From contig NC_004460.2 in NCBI RefSeq assembly GCF_000039765.1, positions 720,001 through 752,000 on the forward strand: a DNA stretch of 32,000 nt, written 5' to 3'. The translations under genes were made by a program, and so were the position numbers. Source of the DNA: Vibrio vulnificus CMCP6 (GTDB lineage: Bacteria > Pseudomonadota > Gammaproteobacteria > Enterobacterales > Vibrionaceae). The notes under the pieces are model-generated. The model had not been told where the DNA came from and ran no database searches. It worked only from the letters and a program-made list of their open reading frames with translations. Below, piece by piece: positions 16,660-25,846 of this stretch; position 1 is the first letter of the stretch, and each line of letters begins with the position of its first letter.

Positions 16660-17685
16660 ATGGAAATAACAACTGCAAATTGGGCAAAGCCAAGTGCCGA
16701 GAGAGCGGATTGGATCATTAAATGCAATCTAGAAGAATTAGCAGAGAGTTTAATTTATATACATGGCTTCTTTGACGTTAAAGAAAGCGATCTCAAAGAG
16801 GTCTTAGGTCGAAAACAAGTGTCGTTTCGTCAAAATATGCCACAAGCTTTTTTATATCATGAATACATGATCAGAAATATTGAGAGTGAGCATTGGAAGC
16901 CTGAACTTCTTTTTACACACTTGCTGTCGGAATTGAGTCCGGTCAATGAAAACAAGATAGAGATTGTTTTGTATGGGCATAGATATCATCAGTTTACGAA
17001 TGAGGTTTTAGAAAACTTAATCGCTGATGATCACTTGGAGTGCTATGGCGAGCATCTTAAGAAACGTAATCAAGGGATCACTGTTCCTAGCGAATCTCAG
17101 TTTCGCTACACACGGGCTGAAGTGGAAAAGTGTTTAAACTACATCGAATGTTCCTGTCCTGAGCTATATGACGAAATAAAAACGGTCGTCTCTCAAATAC
17201 ACATCATGAGTTCTCCTTGTGTTAATGCTGGTAGTTATCTCAGTATGCTGGGCATGTTCAATATTCGCTATCTTGATAAATCCTCTGAACACTGGAGCCG
17301 TTTGGCAGAACATATTATCCACGAATCCGCGCACAACCTATTGTATCAACTTTGGCATCATGACCCGATTATTACAGACGACGATGGTCTTTTTTACACA
17401 CCTTTTAGGAAAGATGAGCGACCGATTAGTGGGGTGTTCCACGCGATGTTTGTCTTGGCAAGGACCATTTACGGTTTCAACCAATTACTAAAAAATCCAG
17501 ACGTTCATCTTGAGACACATCAGATCAGCAGCCACTATAATGAAGCCAATAACGAACTGCCATTCACCGACAAGTTTTATCAGACGGTTGAAGTCTTAGA
17601 GAAATCAGGAAAACTTACGGAATTCGGCAACAGAATTGTGAAAGATTGCGTCGTTTTGGTAGAAGAGTGCAAATATAAAGTTTAG
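16660..17685 (+). CDS. HExxH-motif domain protein (TIGR04267-like putative peptide-modifying enzyme)
   Basis: 'LAEHIIHESAHNLLYQLW' (HExxH) is followed by 'YTPFRKDERPISGVFHAMFVLARTIY'. This matches my recollection of the HEXXH-motif peptide-modification family. The ATG directly follows the MFS stop (TAAATG). Confidence 0.65.
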   Translation: MEITTANWAKPSAERADWIIKCNLEELAESLIYIHGFFDVKESDLKEVLGRKQVSFRQNMPQAFLYHEYMIRNIESEHWKPELLFTHLLSELSPVNENKIEIVLYGHRYHQFTNEVLENLIADDHLECYGEHLKKRNQGITVPSESQFRYTRAEVEKCLNYIECSCPELYDEIKTVVSQIHIMSSPCVNAGSYLSMLGMFNIRYLDKSSEHWSRLAEHIIHESAHNLLYQLWHHDPIITDDDGLFYTPFRKDERPISGVFHAMFVLARTIYGFNQLLKNPDVHLETHQISSHYNEANNELPFTDKFYQTVEVLEKSGKLTEFGNRIVKDCVVLVEECKYKV

Positions 17686-18163
17686 TGTCAGTCGGCGAGC
17701 AAAGACAGAACCATCTCATCTGGGCTCCTTTGTCGATTCATTGGTCGTCAACAGTAATGTTTATCTGCTCATACTTTGCTCAAAATTATAAGCAGTTATA
17801 AGATCTCGACAGTCTTTTGAACAATACTGGGAACCTCGATCTCGGTGAACGATAATCTACTCCAAGAATCCACGACGAAACAAAGCCATTGATAGTGCAT
17901 CAAAGATCAGTGTAGCGGTCATTCGGAGCCTCTGCGTTAAAATTCTGAGCCAGCGCAGCATGTTCGGAGCAACAGGCATTTTATGTTTGCTTGTCCGTTG
18001 TACACTTAAACTTGCGTGCCGCTTTCGGCGTTAAATCCTGGCGCTTCATGCTAGCTGCAATGGTTTTAACATTATAGCTGTCACCGTGTTCCGCCAGTTC
18101 TTTTTGGATACGCCTTGAGTCGTAAGGACGTTTGCTATTGTCAAAAGCCTCTTTCACCGTCAT
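17686..18163 (-). mobile_element. IS3-family element remnant (degraded orfB with internal deletions), terminus at 17686
   Basis: 'RPYDSRRIQKELAEHGDSYNVKTIAASMKRQDL' is a typical IS3 OrfB N-terminus. Downstream fragments ('NFNAEAPNDR', 'DALSMALFRRG', 'GSQYCSKDCRDLITAYNFEQSMSR') lie in shifting frames. The + strand begins TGTCAG..., that is, a ...CTGACA-3' IS3-type end. Confidence 0.7.
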
Positions 18164-18643
18164 ATTAAGTTCTTGGCGAATTATTAACTTTTTCTAAAGC
18201 CAATCTTGCTCTCTCCTTATAAGCAACTCAAGCCATATCGACAAGCTATGTGATTTTTGTATGTGTTTCAGGGATGAACCACGGAAATAATCAGTCTCGC
18301 AACTCTGCATCGTGTCATTAGTTCTGATATACCAAACTAATATTAAGTGTGTAAATGTTTATTTACTCAAACAAGAAAAGGGTCAAAAGTTATTTAGAGT
18401 AATAACCTGAATTTAGAAAATTCGGATAACTTTCAGTATCGAAAGTCACTTCGTGAGGTGTCCAACACTGCTGGTGCGGTTTAGTGCCGAGAAAACTCAA
18501 AATCTCATAACTCCTTACACGTCATGTATGAACGCCATAATATTCATACAACCAAATTTAAAAGGTTCATCCCAACAATGCGACACTTACGATCATAACG
18601 CTAAAGGTTCATCATATAACGCATAGATGTCTTCGCCATTGTA

Positions 18644-18820
18644 TTAGCTTTTGAACGGTTTCATAAGTGCCATCCTCCCAAGCGTTGTATTGCCATTCAA
18701 AAATTGATGTACTCATTTTTCAATCGTTGGAGATTTCACTTTAAACTGCTCAGCAGCTTGAATGATCGGCATGCCTTGGTCTAGTAAAGTGTTGGGCGAT
18801 TGCAAGCCGTGAAACTGTTC
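18644..18820 (-). pseudogene. Transposase helix-turn-helix fragment
   Basis: The minus-strand translation 'LLDQGMPIIQAAEQFKVKSPTIEKWVHQFLNGNT' is a typical transposase HTH (IS630/IS3 OrfA type). There is no intact ORF. Confidence 0.45.
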
Positions 18821-18882
18821 AAGACAAGACAACCAAGTTGCATATAAGTTGTACTATTTACGTTACTCCACAGAACCAATAT

Positions 18883-19872
18883 CTACTTAAAGTAATTCGT
18901 TTTGCTAATTCCCAGAGTTTTCATTTTTGAGCGAAGAGTATTCGGATTAATTGCCAGCAGTTGTGCCGCCCCAAATGGCCCTTCAACTCGGCCATGACAA
19001 TGAACTAACGCTTTAGTAATGTGCAGCTTTAACGCTTCATTTAAAGTCAGAAAAACTCCATTTGTACGTATTGGCTCTCTTACCTGATTAGCAACCTTAC
19101 CATTATTGTCTATAGATGCCTGAGGAAGAACGAGCGATTCTTCAATCGCCAAAAATGCACCTTGACCCAGTATTGCCGCTCTTTCAATGATGACCTGAAG
19201 TTCCCGCACGTTACCTGGCCACTCGTATTTTTTCAGGTAACTAATTTGTGACTCTGTGGGTAAGGCCAAGGGAAGTCCTAGTTTATTGGATGCTTTCTGG
19301 GCAAAGTACTCTGCTAAATCAGCAATGTCTTCTATTCTGTCTCGCAACGCTGGTAAACGAATAGGAAAAACATTAATTCGAAACCAAAGATCTTCACGAA
19401 AGATACCGCCTTTAACAGATTCTTCTAGATTTCGATGAGTTGCGGCAACGATACGGGCATTCACATTGATCTCTTGTTCTCCACCAACACGCGTTAGAGT
19501 CCCTTCTTGAAGCACCCTAAGTAAACGAACCTGTGCCGCTAGGCTCAATTCTCCAATTTCGTCTAAAAAAAGGGTTCCACCGTTAGCTCTTTCAAACCAA
19601 CCTTTTTTTTTCGATGAGGCCCCAGTAAAGCTTCCTTTTTCATGACCAAAAAGCTCTGAATCAATCAGCTCCGACGGAATAGCACCACAGTTTACACGAA
19701 TGAAGCTATTGTTAGCTCTTGAGGAGTGTTGATGAATATAACGCGCTATGAGTTCCTTTCCCGAGCCTGTTTCGCCAAGAATTAATGCAGTTGAGTCAGT
19801 TTGTGCGACCAATCCAACTTCACGTATCGCACGTTTTAAGCCTTTGTTGTATCCAATAATCATGGTGAGCAT
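18883..19872 (-). CDS. Sigma-54-dependent transcriptional activator (bEBP) with AAA+ and Fis-type HTH domains only; no N-terminal sensor/receiver domain
   Basis: Walker A 'GETGSGKE', the sigma-54 contact loop 'GSFTGA' (GAFTGA variant), 'FLDEIGEL', 'RVIAATHRNL' and the C-terminal HTH 'GAAQLLAINPNTLRSKMKTLGI' are present. The AAA+ domain starts at about residue 5. Confidence 0.85.
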   Translation of the reverse strand: MLTMIIGYNKGLKRAIREVGLVAQTDSTALILGETGSGKELIARYIHQHSSRANNSFIRVNCGAIPSELIDSELFGHEKGSFTGASSKKKGWFERANGGTLFLDEIGELSLAAQVRLLRVLQEGTLTRVGGEQEINVNARIVAATHRNLEESVKGGIFREDLWFRINVFPIRLPALRDRIEDIADLAEYFAQKASNKLGLPLALPTESQISYLKKYEWPGNVRELQVIIERAAILGQGAFLAIEESLVLPQASIDNNGKVANQVREPIRTNGVFLTLNEALKLHITKALVHCHGRVEGPFGAAQLLAINPNTLRSKMKTLGISKTNYFK

Positions 19873-20011
19873 TCCATCGATTTCAGAGATTATCAGCGAG
19901 ATTAAATGGAATAAATGTTATATATAAATAATTTTTAATTACCAAATCAAATAAAAGATTATATTAAAGATTCAACTCAATAAAACTAATTTCTATTTAT
20001 CAATAATTTAT

Positions 20012-20027
20012 TGGGAAATTACTTGCC
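20012..20027 (+). promoter_or_regulatory. Sigma-54 (-24/-12) promoter candidate TGGGAA-N5-TTGCC upstream of the hydrolase gene
   Basis: GG and GC are spaced exactly as in the TGGCAC-N5-TTGCA consensus. It lies 55 nt upstream of ATG 20082 and is divergent from the bEBP gene across an AT-rich spacer. Confidence 0.4.
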
Positions 20028-20081
20028 AACAGTAGAAATGGCACAAGATCTGATTAGGGACTGCTCCACCTCAAAGACAAT

Positions 20082-20663
20082 ATGGAAATGACTATGAAAG
20101 GTAACATTCTCATCGTCCCTGGTTACAAAGGCAATCCGAGAGGCCACTGGCAAACATGGATTGAAAAGCAATATCCTAATGCGCAGCGTCTCAAGGCCAT
20201 TGACTATCACCAACCCGCACTTTTCAATTGGTCTACACACATCAGCGAGTATCTTGCCCAGCAAACACACCCCGTGACCATTGTTGCTCACAGTTTTGGT
20301 TGCCTTGCTGCTGTACTGGCAATAAAACAGCAGAGGCACATGGTGAATACGGCTTTACTTGTTGCGCCAGCCTCTCCCCTTCGCTTCACGGAAGATGGAC
20401 ACATCAACGATTTTCCGACTTCCCCAACCATTTCAGCCGCTCTACCAGATAAGCCGCTAGGAATTACTGGTCTCATCGTTGCTTCCCAGAATGATCCGTG
20501 GATGGATTATAAGGACGCACACGAGTTGTCATTAAAGTGGGGAATGCTGTTTCACAACGCTGGATATGCCGGGCACATTAATATTGAGTCTGGACATGGC
20601 CCCTATCCCAAAGTAAAGGTGCTCCTTGATAGCCTCATTTACATCACACAAGCAGATAGATGA
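20082..20663 (+). CDS. RBBP9/YdeN-family alpha/beta (serine) hydrolase
   Basis: 'ILIVPGYKGNPRGHWQTWIE', the nucleophile elbow 'VAHSFGC', and 'DPW...GHINIESGHG' fit the Ser_hydrolase (PF06821-like) pattern. The start could also be ATG 20094. Confidence 0.7.
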   Translation: MEMTMKGNILIVPGYKGNPRGHWQTWIEKQYPNAQRLKAIDYHQPALFNWSTHISEYLAQQTHPVTIVAHSFGCLAAVLAIKQQRHMVNTALLVAPASPLRFTEDGHINDFPTSPTISAALPDKPLGITGLIVASQNDPWMDYKDAHELSLKWGMLFHNAGYAGHINIESGHGPYPKVKVLLDSLIYITQADR

Positions 20664-20684
20664 ATATCGTCCATTTATTCAATG

Positions 20685-20713
20685 AAAAACCACTGTATTT
20701 AGTGGTTTTTGTT
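20685..20713 (+). terminator. Rho-independent terminator
   Basis: AAAAACCACT (20685-20694), loop GTATTT, AGTGGTTTTT (20701-20710), followed by GTT. Confidence 0.75.
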
Positions 20714-20776
20714 ATGAAAAATAGAATTTAACAAAACAAAATAAAACTTAACTATTTAAATCAATAACTTAAAAAG

Positions 20777-20792
20777 TGGCATTCTTTTTGTA
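20777..20792 (+). promoter_or_regulatory. Sigma-54-like promoter candidate TGGCAT-N5-TTGTA upstream of sbp
   Basis: The -24 TGGCA is good, and the spacing to the -12 element is correct. The -12 element reads GT instead of GC. It lies 35 nt upstream of ATG 20827. Confidence 0.25.
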
Positions 20793-20826
20793 ATTGAGAT
20801 AAGGACTCAATCTAAAAGGAATCATT

Positions 20827-21843
20827 ATGAAAAAAATAGTCGGAATCACTCTGATCGCCGCATTGGCTGGTTTTAGCGGGCAATTGTTGGCAGAGACCAA
20901 GACCTTACTCAATGTCTCCTATGATCCAACTCGAGAGTTTTATCGTGAGTTTAATGAAAGTTTCAGCCAAGACTACAAAGAAAAAACGGGAATTGATGTT
21001 CAGATCCGTCAATCACATGGAGGATCAGGTAAACAAGCTCGAGCGGTGATTGATGGACTAAAAGCAGATGTTTTAACGCTGGCTCTAGCCTACGATATTG
21101 ATGCGGTACAAGCTCGTACGCAACTCTTCAATACCGATTGGCAAAACCAGTTCCCTCATGCTAGCGCACCTTATACTTCGACTATTGTCTTTCTGGTACG
21201 CAAAGGCAACCCCAAAAACATTCGAGACTGGGGAGACTTGATCAAGCCTGGCGTTGAAGTAATTACTCCTAACCCCAAAACCTCCGGTGGTGCACGTTGG
21301 AACTACTTGGCCGCGTGGGCTTATGCGGCTAAACAGTATCATGGAGATGAAGCAAACATTCGCCAATTTGTCGGAGACTTGTACAAGCATGTTCCGGTTC
21401 TTGACTCAGGCGCGAGAGGCTCAACAAACACCTTTGTTCGTAATGGTATTGGTGATGTTCTGCTCGCATGGGAAAACGAAGCTTTACTGGCCACAGAGAA
21501 GCTGCAAGGTGCCAGTGAATTTGAAATCGTCGTACCTTCTATCAGTATCCTAGCTCAGCCCCCAGTTACGGTCGTTGACAAAAATGCTGATCAACATGGT
21601 GTAGCCAAAGAAGCCCAAGCTTATCTTGAATACCTTTATAGCCCTGAAGCACAAAAATTGGCCGCGAAACATTTCTACCGTCCAGTAAGCCCAAAATATG
21701 CCGAGAAAAACGACCTAGCTCTCTTTCCCGATGTCCATCTGATCACGATTGATGACGAGTTTGGTGGTTGGCAAAAAGCACAACAAACGCATTTCAATGA
21801 CGGTGGTGTGTTTGATGAAATTTACCAACCGAGTCAAAAATAA
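20827..21843 (+). CDS. sbp: Sulfate/thiosulfate ABC transporter substrate-binding protein
   Basis: A signal peptide and '[13 protein letters not shown]...[17 protein letters not shown]...[12 protein letters not shown]' are typical of Sbp/CysP. Confidence 0.9.
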   Translation: MKKIVGITLIAALAGFSGQLLAETKTLLNVSYDPTREFYREFNESFSQDYKEKTGIDVQIRQSHGGSGKQARAVIDGLKADVLTLALAYDIDAVQARTQLFNTDWQNQFPHASAPYTSTIVFLVRKGNPKNIRDWGDLIKPGVEVITPNPKTSGGARWNYLAAWAYAAKQYHGDEANIRQFVGDLYKHVPVLDSGARGSTNTFVRNGIGDVLLAWENEALLATEKLQGASEFEIVVPSISILAQPPVTVVDKNADQHGVAKEAQAYLEYLYSPEAQKLAAKHFYRPVSPKYAEKNDLALFPDVHLITIDDEFGGWQKAQQTHFNDGGVFDEIYQPSQK

Positions 21844-22692
21844 ATGAAAGGATTCAAACAATATTCAGTGATCCCCGGACTCTCATTGAGTCTGGGTTAC
21901 ACCCTGTTCTATCTCGGATTGATCGTTTTACTACCCATGGCGGCACTCGTGGGTAAAACCATGACACTCAGTTGGTCACAATTTTGGGCCGTCGTGACAC
22001 ATCCGCAAGTCGTTGCTTCTTATCAGCTCACCTTTGGTGCGGCTTTTGTGGCTGCATTGATCAATTTAATATTTGGCTCTTTAGTCGCATGGGTGCTAGT
22101 ACGTTACTCTTTTCGTGGCAAACGAATTGTTGACGCGTTGATTGATCTTCCATTTGCTTTACCGACAGCGGTAGCGGGCATTGCATTAGTCGCTATTTAC
22201 GGCCCAAACGGTCCTATTGGCGGTCCTTTATTGCAAGCCGGAATCAAAGTGGCTTACACCCCGCTGGGGATCACACTAGCACTGATATTTATCGGTTTTC
22301 CGTTTGTCGTCAGAACGGTGCAGCCGATTTTGGAAGATTTTGAGCAAGGGCTGGAGGAAGCCGCTGCTGCTTTGGGAGCGAGCCGTTGGTATACCATCCG
22401 CCGTGTGATTATTCCGCATCTACTGCCGTCACTTCTGACAGGTTTTGCCTTAGCGTTTGCTCGCGGTGTGGGTGAGTACGGTTCAGTGATTTTTATCGCA
22501 GGTAACTTACCGTTTGTTTCTGAAATTACCCCGCTACTGATTGTCACCAAACTAGAGCAGTTCGACTATCCTGGTGCGACAGCAATCGCTTGTGCCATGC
22601 TGGCTTTTTCTCTGGTCATTCTTTTTGTGATTAACACTTTACAAGGCTGGCTGGAACTGCGTGAGAGAAAACATCAAGGAGTAATGGCATGA
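21844..22692 (+). CDS. cysT: Sulfate ABC transporter permease CysT
   Basis: '[23 protein letters not shown]' and an EAA-loop region are present. It follows the sbp stop directly. Confidence 0.9.
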   Translation: MKGFKQYSVIPGLSLSLGYTLFYLGLIVLLPMAALVGKTMTLSWSQFWAVVTHPQVVASYQLTFGAAFVAALINLIFGSLVAWVLVRYSFRGKRIVDALIDLPFALPTAVAGIALVAIYGPNGPIGGPLLQAGIKVAYTPLGITLALIFIGFPFVVRTVQPILEDFEQGLEEAAAALGASRWYTIRRVIIPHLLPSLLTGFALAFARGVGEYGSVIFIAGNLPFVSEITPLLIVTKLEQFDYPGATAIACAMLAFSLVILFVINTLQGWLELRERKHQGVMA

Positions 22693-23564
22693 ACAACAGC
22701 ACGGCTCTAAGTCTGATCTCACCTCGGCCAACTATGACAGTACATCCGTCTGCAACGACTGAACGTGCTTGGGTGAGAAAAACCTTAACCGCAATTGCAT
22801 TAGTCTTTGTGGTTTTTACTCTCATTCTTCCTCTTTTGATGGTGCTCTATGAAGCATTTCGTTCTGGATGGCATGTGTATCTAGCCTCGATTACTGAACC
22901 CGATGCCCTGAGCGCGATCAAACTGACCCTACTCGTTGCCGCTATAGCTGTGCCTTTAAACCTGATTTTCGGTCTGGCAGCCGCTTGGTCAGTAACAAAG
23001 TTTGAGTTCATCGGTAAACGCTTATTGATGACGTTAATTGATCTCCCGTTTTCCGTCAGCCCTGTCATTGCTGGTCTTATTTTCATTCTGCTGTTTGGCA
23101 GTGAAGGCTGGTTTGGTGAAACACTGACGCAGTATGACATTCAAATTGCGTTCTCGGTTCCTGGTATCGTGTTGGCAACGGTTTTTGTCACATTTCCATT
23201 TATTGCCCGTGAACTGATCCCGCTAATGCAGTCACAAGGAACCGATGAAGAGGAAGCTGCCAGAGTATTAGGCGCGTCCGGCTGGCATATTTTCTACCGC
23301 ATCACATTACCCAACATTAAGTGGGCATTACTCTATGGCGTCATTTTGTGTAACGCCCGAGCAATGGGCGACTTCGGCGCGGTGTCTGTCATATCTGGGC
23401 ATATCCGCGGGCTCACCAACACACTACCGCTCCATGTTGAAGTGGTCTACAACGAATATCAATATACGGCGGCATTTGCCTGCGCTTCTCTATTGGCGTT
23501 ATTGGCAATCGTCACCCTGATCATTAAAGAAATTTTGCAACGCAATTTGCACCAAGAAAAATAA
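22689..23564 (+). CDS. cysW: Sulfate ABC transporter permease CysW
   Basis: It is a permease paralog with '[22 protein letters not shown]'. It overlaps cysT by 4 nt. Confidence 0.9.
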   Translation: MNNSTALSLISPRPTMTVHPSATTERAWVRKTLTAIALVFVVFTLILPLLMVLYEAFRSGWHVYLASITEPDALSAIKLTLLVAAIAVPLNLIFGLAAAWSVTKFEFIGKRLLMTLIDLPFSVSPVIAGLIFILLFGSEGWFGETLTQYDIQIAFSVPGIVLATVFVTFPFIARELIPLMQSQGTDEEEAARVLGASGWHIFYRITLPNIKWALLYGVILCNARAMGDFGAVSVISGHIRGLTNTLPLHVEVVYNEYQYTAAFACASLLALLAIVTLIIKEILQRNLHQEK

Positions 23565-23585
23565 CCGAATTCAATAGGCATCATT

Positions 23586-24623
23586 ATGAGCATCCAAGTT
23601 TCAGGGCTGTGCAAACATTTTGGACAATTCACCGCATTAAACAATGTCAGTATTGAGTTTCCCAGCGGGGGACTCGTGGCACTGCTTGGCCCTTCCGGTT
23701 GTGGTAAAACGAGCCTTTTGCGGGTGATCGCGGGTTTAGAGCGCCCTGATTCCGGGACCGTTGCGATCCAAAATCGTGATGTGTCTGGGTTAGACATCCG
23801 TGAACGTCAAGTCGGGTTTGTGTTTCAACACTACGCGCTGTTCCGCCACATGACTATTTTTGAAAATGTGGCCTTTGGCCTACGTGCTAAACCTAAAGCC
23901 CGTCGTCCTAATGAAGCCACAATTAAACAGAAAGTAAACCGACTGCTGCAACTGGTGCAGTTGGATTGGTTGGCTGATCGTTATCCAGCGCAACTGTCTG
24001 GAGGTCAACGTCAACGGGTAGCCTTAGCAAGAGCGTTAGCCATAGAGCCACAAGTGTTGCTACTGGATGAACCCTTTGGGGCACTGGATGCCAAAGTACG
24101 CAAGGAGCTGCGCCGATGGCTACGAAAACTGCATGATGAACTGCACATAACAAGCTTATTTGTGACTCACGATCAAGAGGAAGCGCTGGAAGTTGCTGAT
24201 CACATCGTCGTGATGAACAAGGGACAAATCGAGCAAATTGGCACGCCTGAAGAAATCTACCGAACACCACGTACCGAGTTTGTTTACCAATTTGTCGGTT
24301 CATCCAATCGACTGTATCTCGAAGATTCCAACGGCCTTTCTTTTACTCCGAGCGACGTTGTTTCAACCCATGGAAAGCAAGCCAAGAGAATCTACTGCCG
24401 GCCTCACGATTTTGCTGTGAATACACAACATCGGCCAGATGCCATCCCCGTGGCAGTAGCGCGAAAATTAGCGCTAGGGAACATGGTTCGATTGGAAGCC
24501 TACAGCTTAGATAACCAGCAATTGGTGGAAGTGGAGTTGTCCAATCATGATCCCGTACTAGACGAAATCCAAGCTAAGAGACATCTGTGGCTCACCCCAA
24601 AAACCGTCTCTCAATTTGCCTAG
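23586..24623 (+). CDS. cysA: Sulfate ABC transporter ATP-binding protein CysA
   Basis: Collinearity with E. coli CysA as I recall it is strong: '[18 protein letters not shown]', '[15 protein letters not shown]', '[15 protein letters not shown]' and '[14 protein letters not shown]'. Confidence 0.92.
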   Translation: MSIQVSGLCKHFGQFTALNNVSIEFPSGGLVALLGPSGCGKTSLLRVIAGLERPDSGTVAIQNRDVSGLDIRERQVGFVFQHYALFRHMTIFENVAFGLRAKPKARRPNEATIKQKVNRLLQLVQLDWLADRYPAQLSGGQRQRVALARALAIEPQVLLLDEPFGALDAKVRKELRRWLRKLHDELHITSLFVTHDQEEALEVADHIVVMNKGQIEQIGTPEEIYRTPRTEFVYQFVGSSNRLYLEDSNGLSFTPSDVVSTHGKQAKRIYCRPHDFAVNTQHRPDAIPVAVARKLALGNMVRLEAYSLDNQQLVEVELSNHDPVLDEIQAKRHLWLTPKTVSQFA

Positions 24624-24626
24624 TGA

Positions 24627-24810
24627 GTCGCAAATGCACTTTATACCTCTCACTCTGGTGTTAGTCGTAACATCAAAGAATTAGAAGAAGAATTAGGCTT
24701 ACCGCTCTATGTAGGTAAAGGTAAGCGCCTACTGGGCATGCCCCCCCCCGGAGAGGACTTACTGATGATGGCAGAAAAGATTCTCAACGAAGCTGCCAAC
24801 ATCAAATGGT
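24627..24810 (+). pseudogene. cysB: CysB/Cbl-like LysR regulator fragment (HTH end to about residue 85 only)
   Basis: 'ALYTSHSGVSRNIKELEEELGLPLYVGKGKRLLGMPPPGEDLLMMAEKILNEAANIK' is collinear with E. coli CysB residues ~25-85 ([49 protein letters not shown]). The first ~25 codons are missing, and the 3' side is replaced by IS sequence. Boundaries are approximate. Confidence 0.7.
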
Positions 24811-25490
24811 TAGCTCAAAAAGCAAACAGAACAAGCGCGGCAGGCCTCGTCGATTCAGCGACCTAGAAATTAATACTGCACTGATGGTAAAACGCGTTTT
24901 CTCTATGCCATTGAGACCGCTGCAAGGTATTCTAGACTCAGTATTCAGCTGGCTAACATACCGCTTGTTTGTCCGCATGACACATGTATAAGCCGTCGAG
25001 CCAAGCAGGTTGAGATTTCATTTAAAACTAAAACCAGAGGTACGATACAGCATCTGACCATTGATGCCACTAGTCTCAAGGTTTATGGCGAAGGTGAATG
25101 GAAGGTTAAGAGCCATGGAACTAATGGGAAGCATGTAGTCTGAAGATGGTGCTTACGACACAAGGAATTGCCAAGATGCCATATGGATTAAGCGAACTGT
25201 TCCGCTTATCTCACCAAGAGAAGGGGCAGCCTTCTGGGAGTAAGGACACCCTCGCAATTTGGCGGTGGGTTGCCAAAAGCTCTATGGCTCCTACAAGAAG
25301 TGGAGAAAGCGGTATGGTTATCACAAGCATTAACTCTCAGAAACAGCCATGTATCGAGTGAAGCAGTTGCTAGGTGGGAAGTTAAGCTTGAGAAACTACA
25401 ATGCTCCGGTTGGTGAAACTTACGCCATGATTAAAGCGCTGAACAAGCTTACAGGGCTTGGTATGCCTGAAACTCAGTATGTTGTATACC
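24806..25490 (+). mobile_element. IS5-family (IS903-group) transposase remnant: 5'-truncated, frameshifted, internally deleted
   Basis: 'RGRPRRFSDLEINTALMVKRVFSMPLRPLQG', 'RRAKQVEISFKTKTRGTIQHLTIDATSLKVYGEGEWKVKSHG', 'DGAYDTR' and 'SETAMYRVKQLLGGKLSLRNY...ALNKLTGLGMPE' are collinear with IS903 transposase. They are spread over three frames with a central gap. Confidence 0.8.
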
Positions 25491-25846
25491 CTTCCTACTT
25501 GAAGCTGCAGCGGTGTTGGCTGCATTCGTTCACTGGCACGCCAGCCCGGCCCAATCACATAGCGTACCTATGCTCATGGGGTTCACTCATTTGCCGCCTA
25601 CCTGCAACTTCAAGTTGTTTAGGTATATAAGAATTGTTTAATTTCGGGCGGTTTGGTTTTCTGTCCGAATTACGCAAAAAAGCCGCTCCGAAACTAAGCT
25701 AGAGCGTAACTTTCAATGGGGTTGCATTTTCACCCCAGAAGTAGAAAACTCAACATTTTTATAAACGGTTGACAAAAAAATGATATTTATATGGGAAAGT
25801 TAGTTTTTGACCAGTTCAAAGAGTTATTGCAGAAAGGGAAACATTA

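Noticed and set aside
20039-20054. Perfect TGGCAC at 20039-20044 as a sigma-54 -24 box
   Set aside because: The sequence 5 nt downstream is CTGAT and lacks the -12 GC. The neighbouring TGGGAA-N5-TTGCC has correct GG/GC geometry and is preferred.
24741-24749. C9 homopolymer as a phase-variation switch
   Set aside because: It lies inside a regulator fragment that has already lost both ends, so length variation would have no coding consequence.
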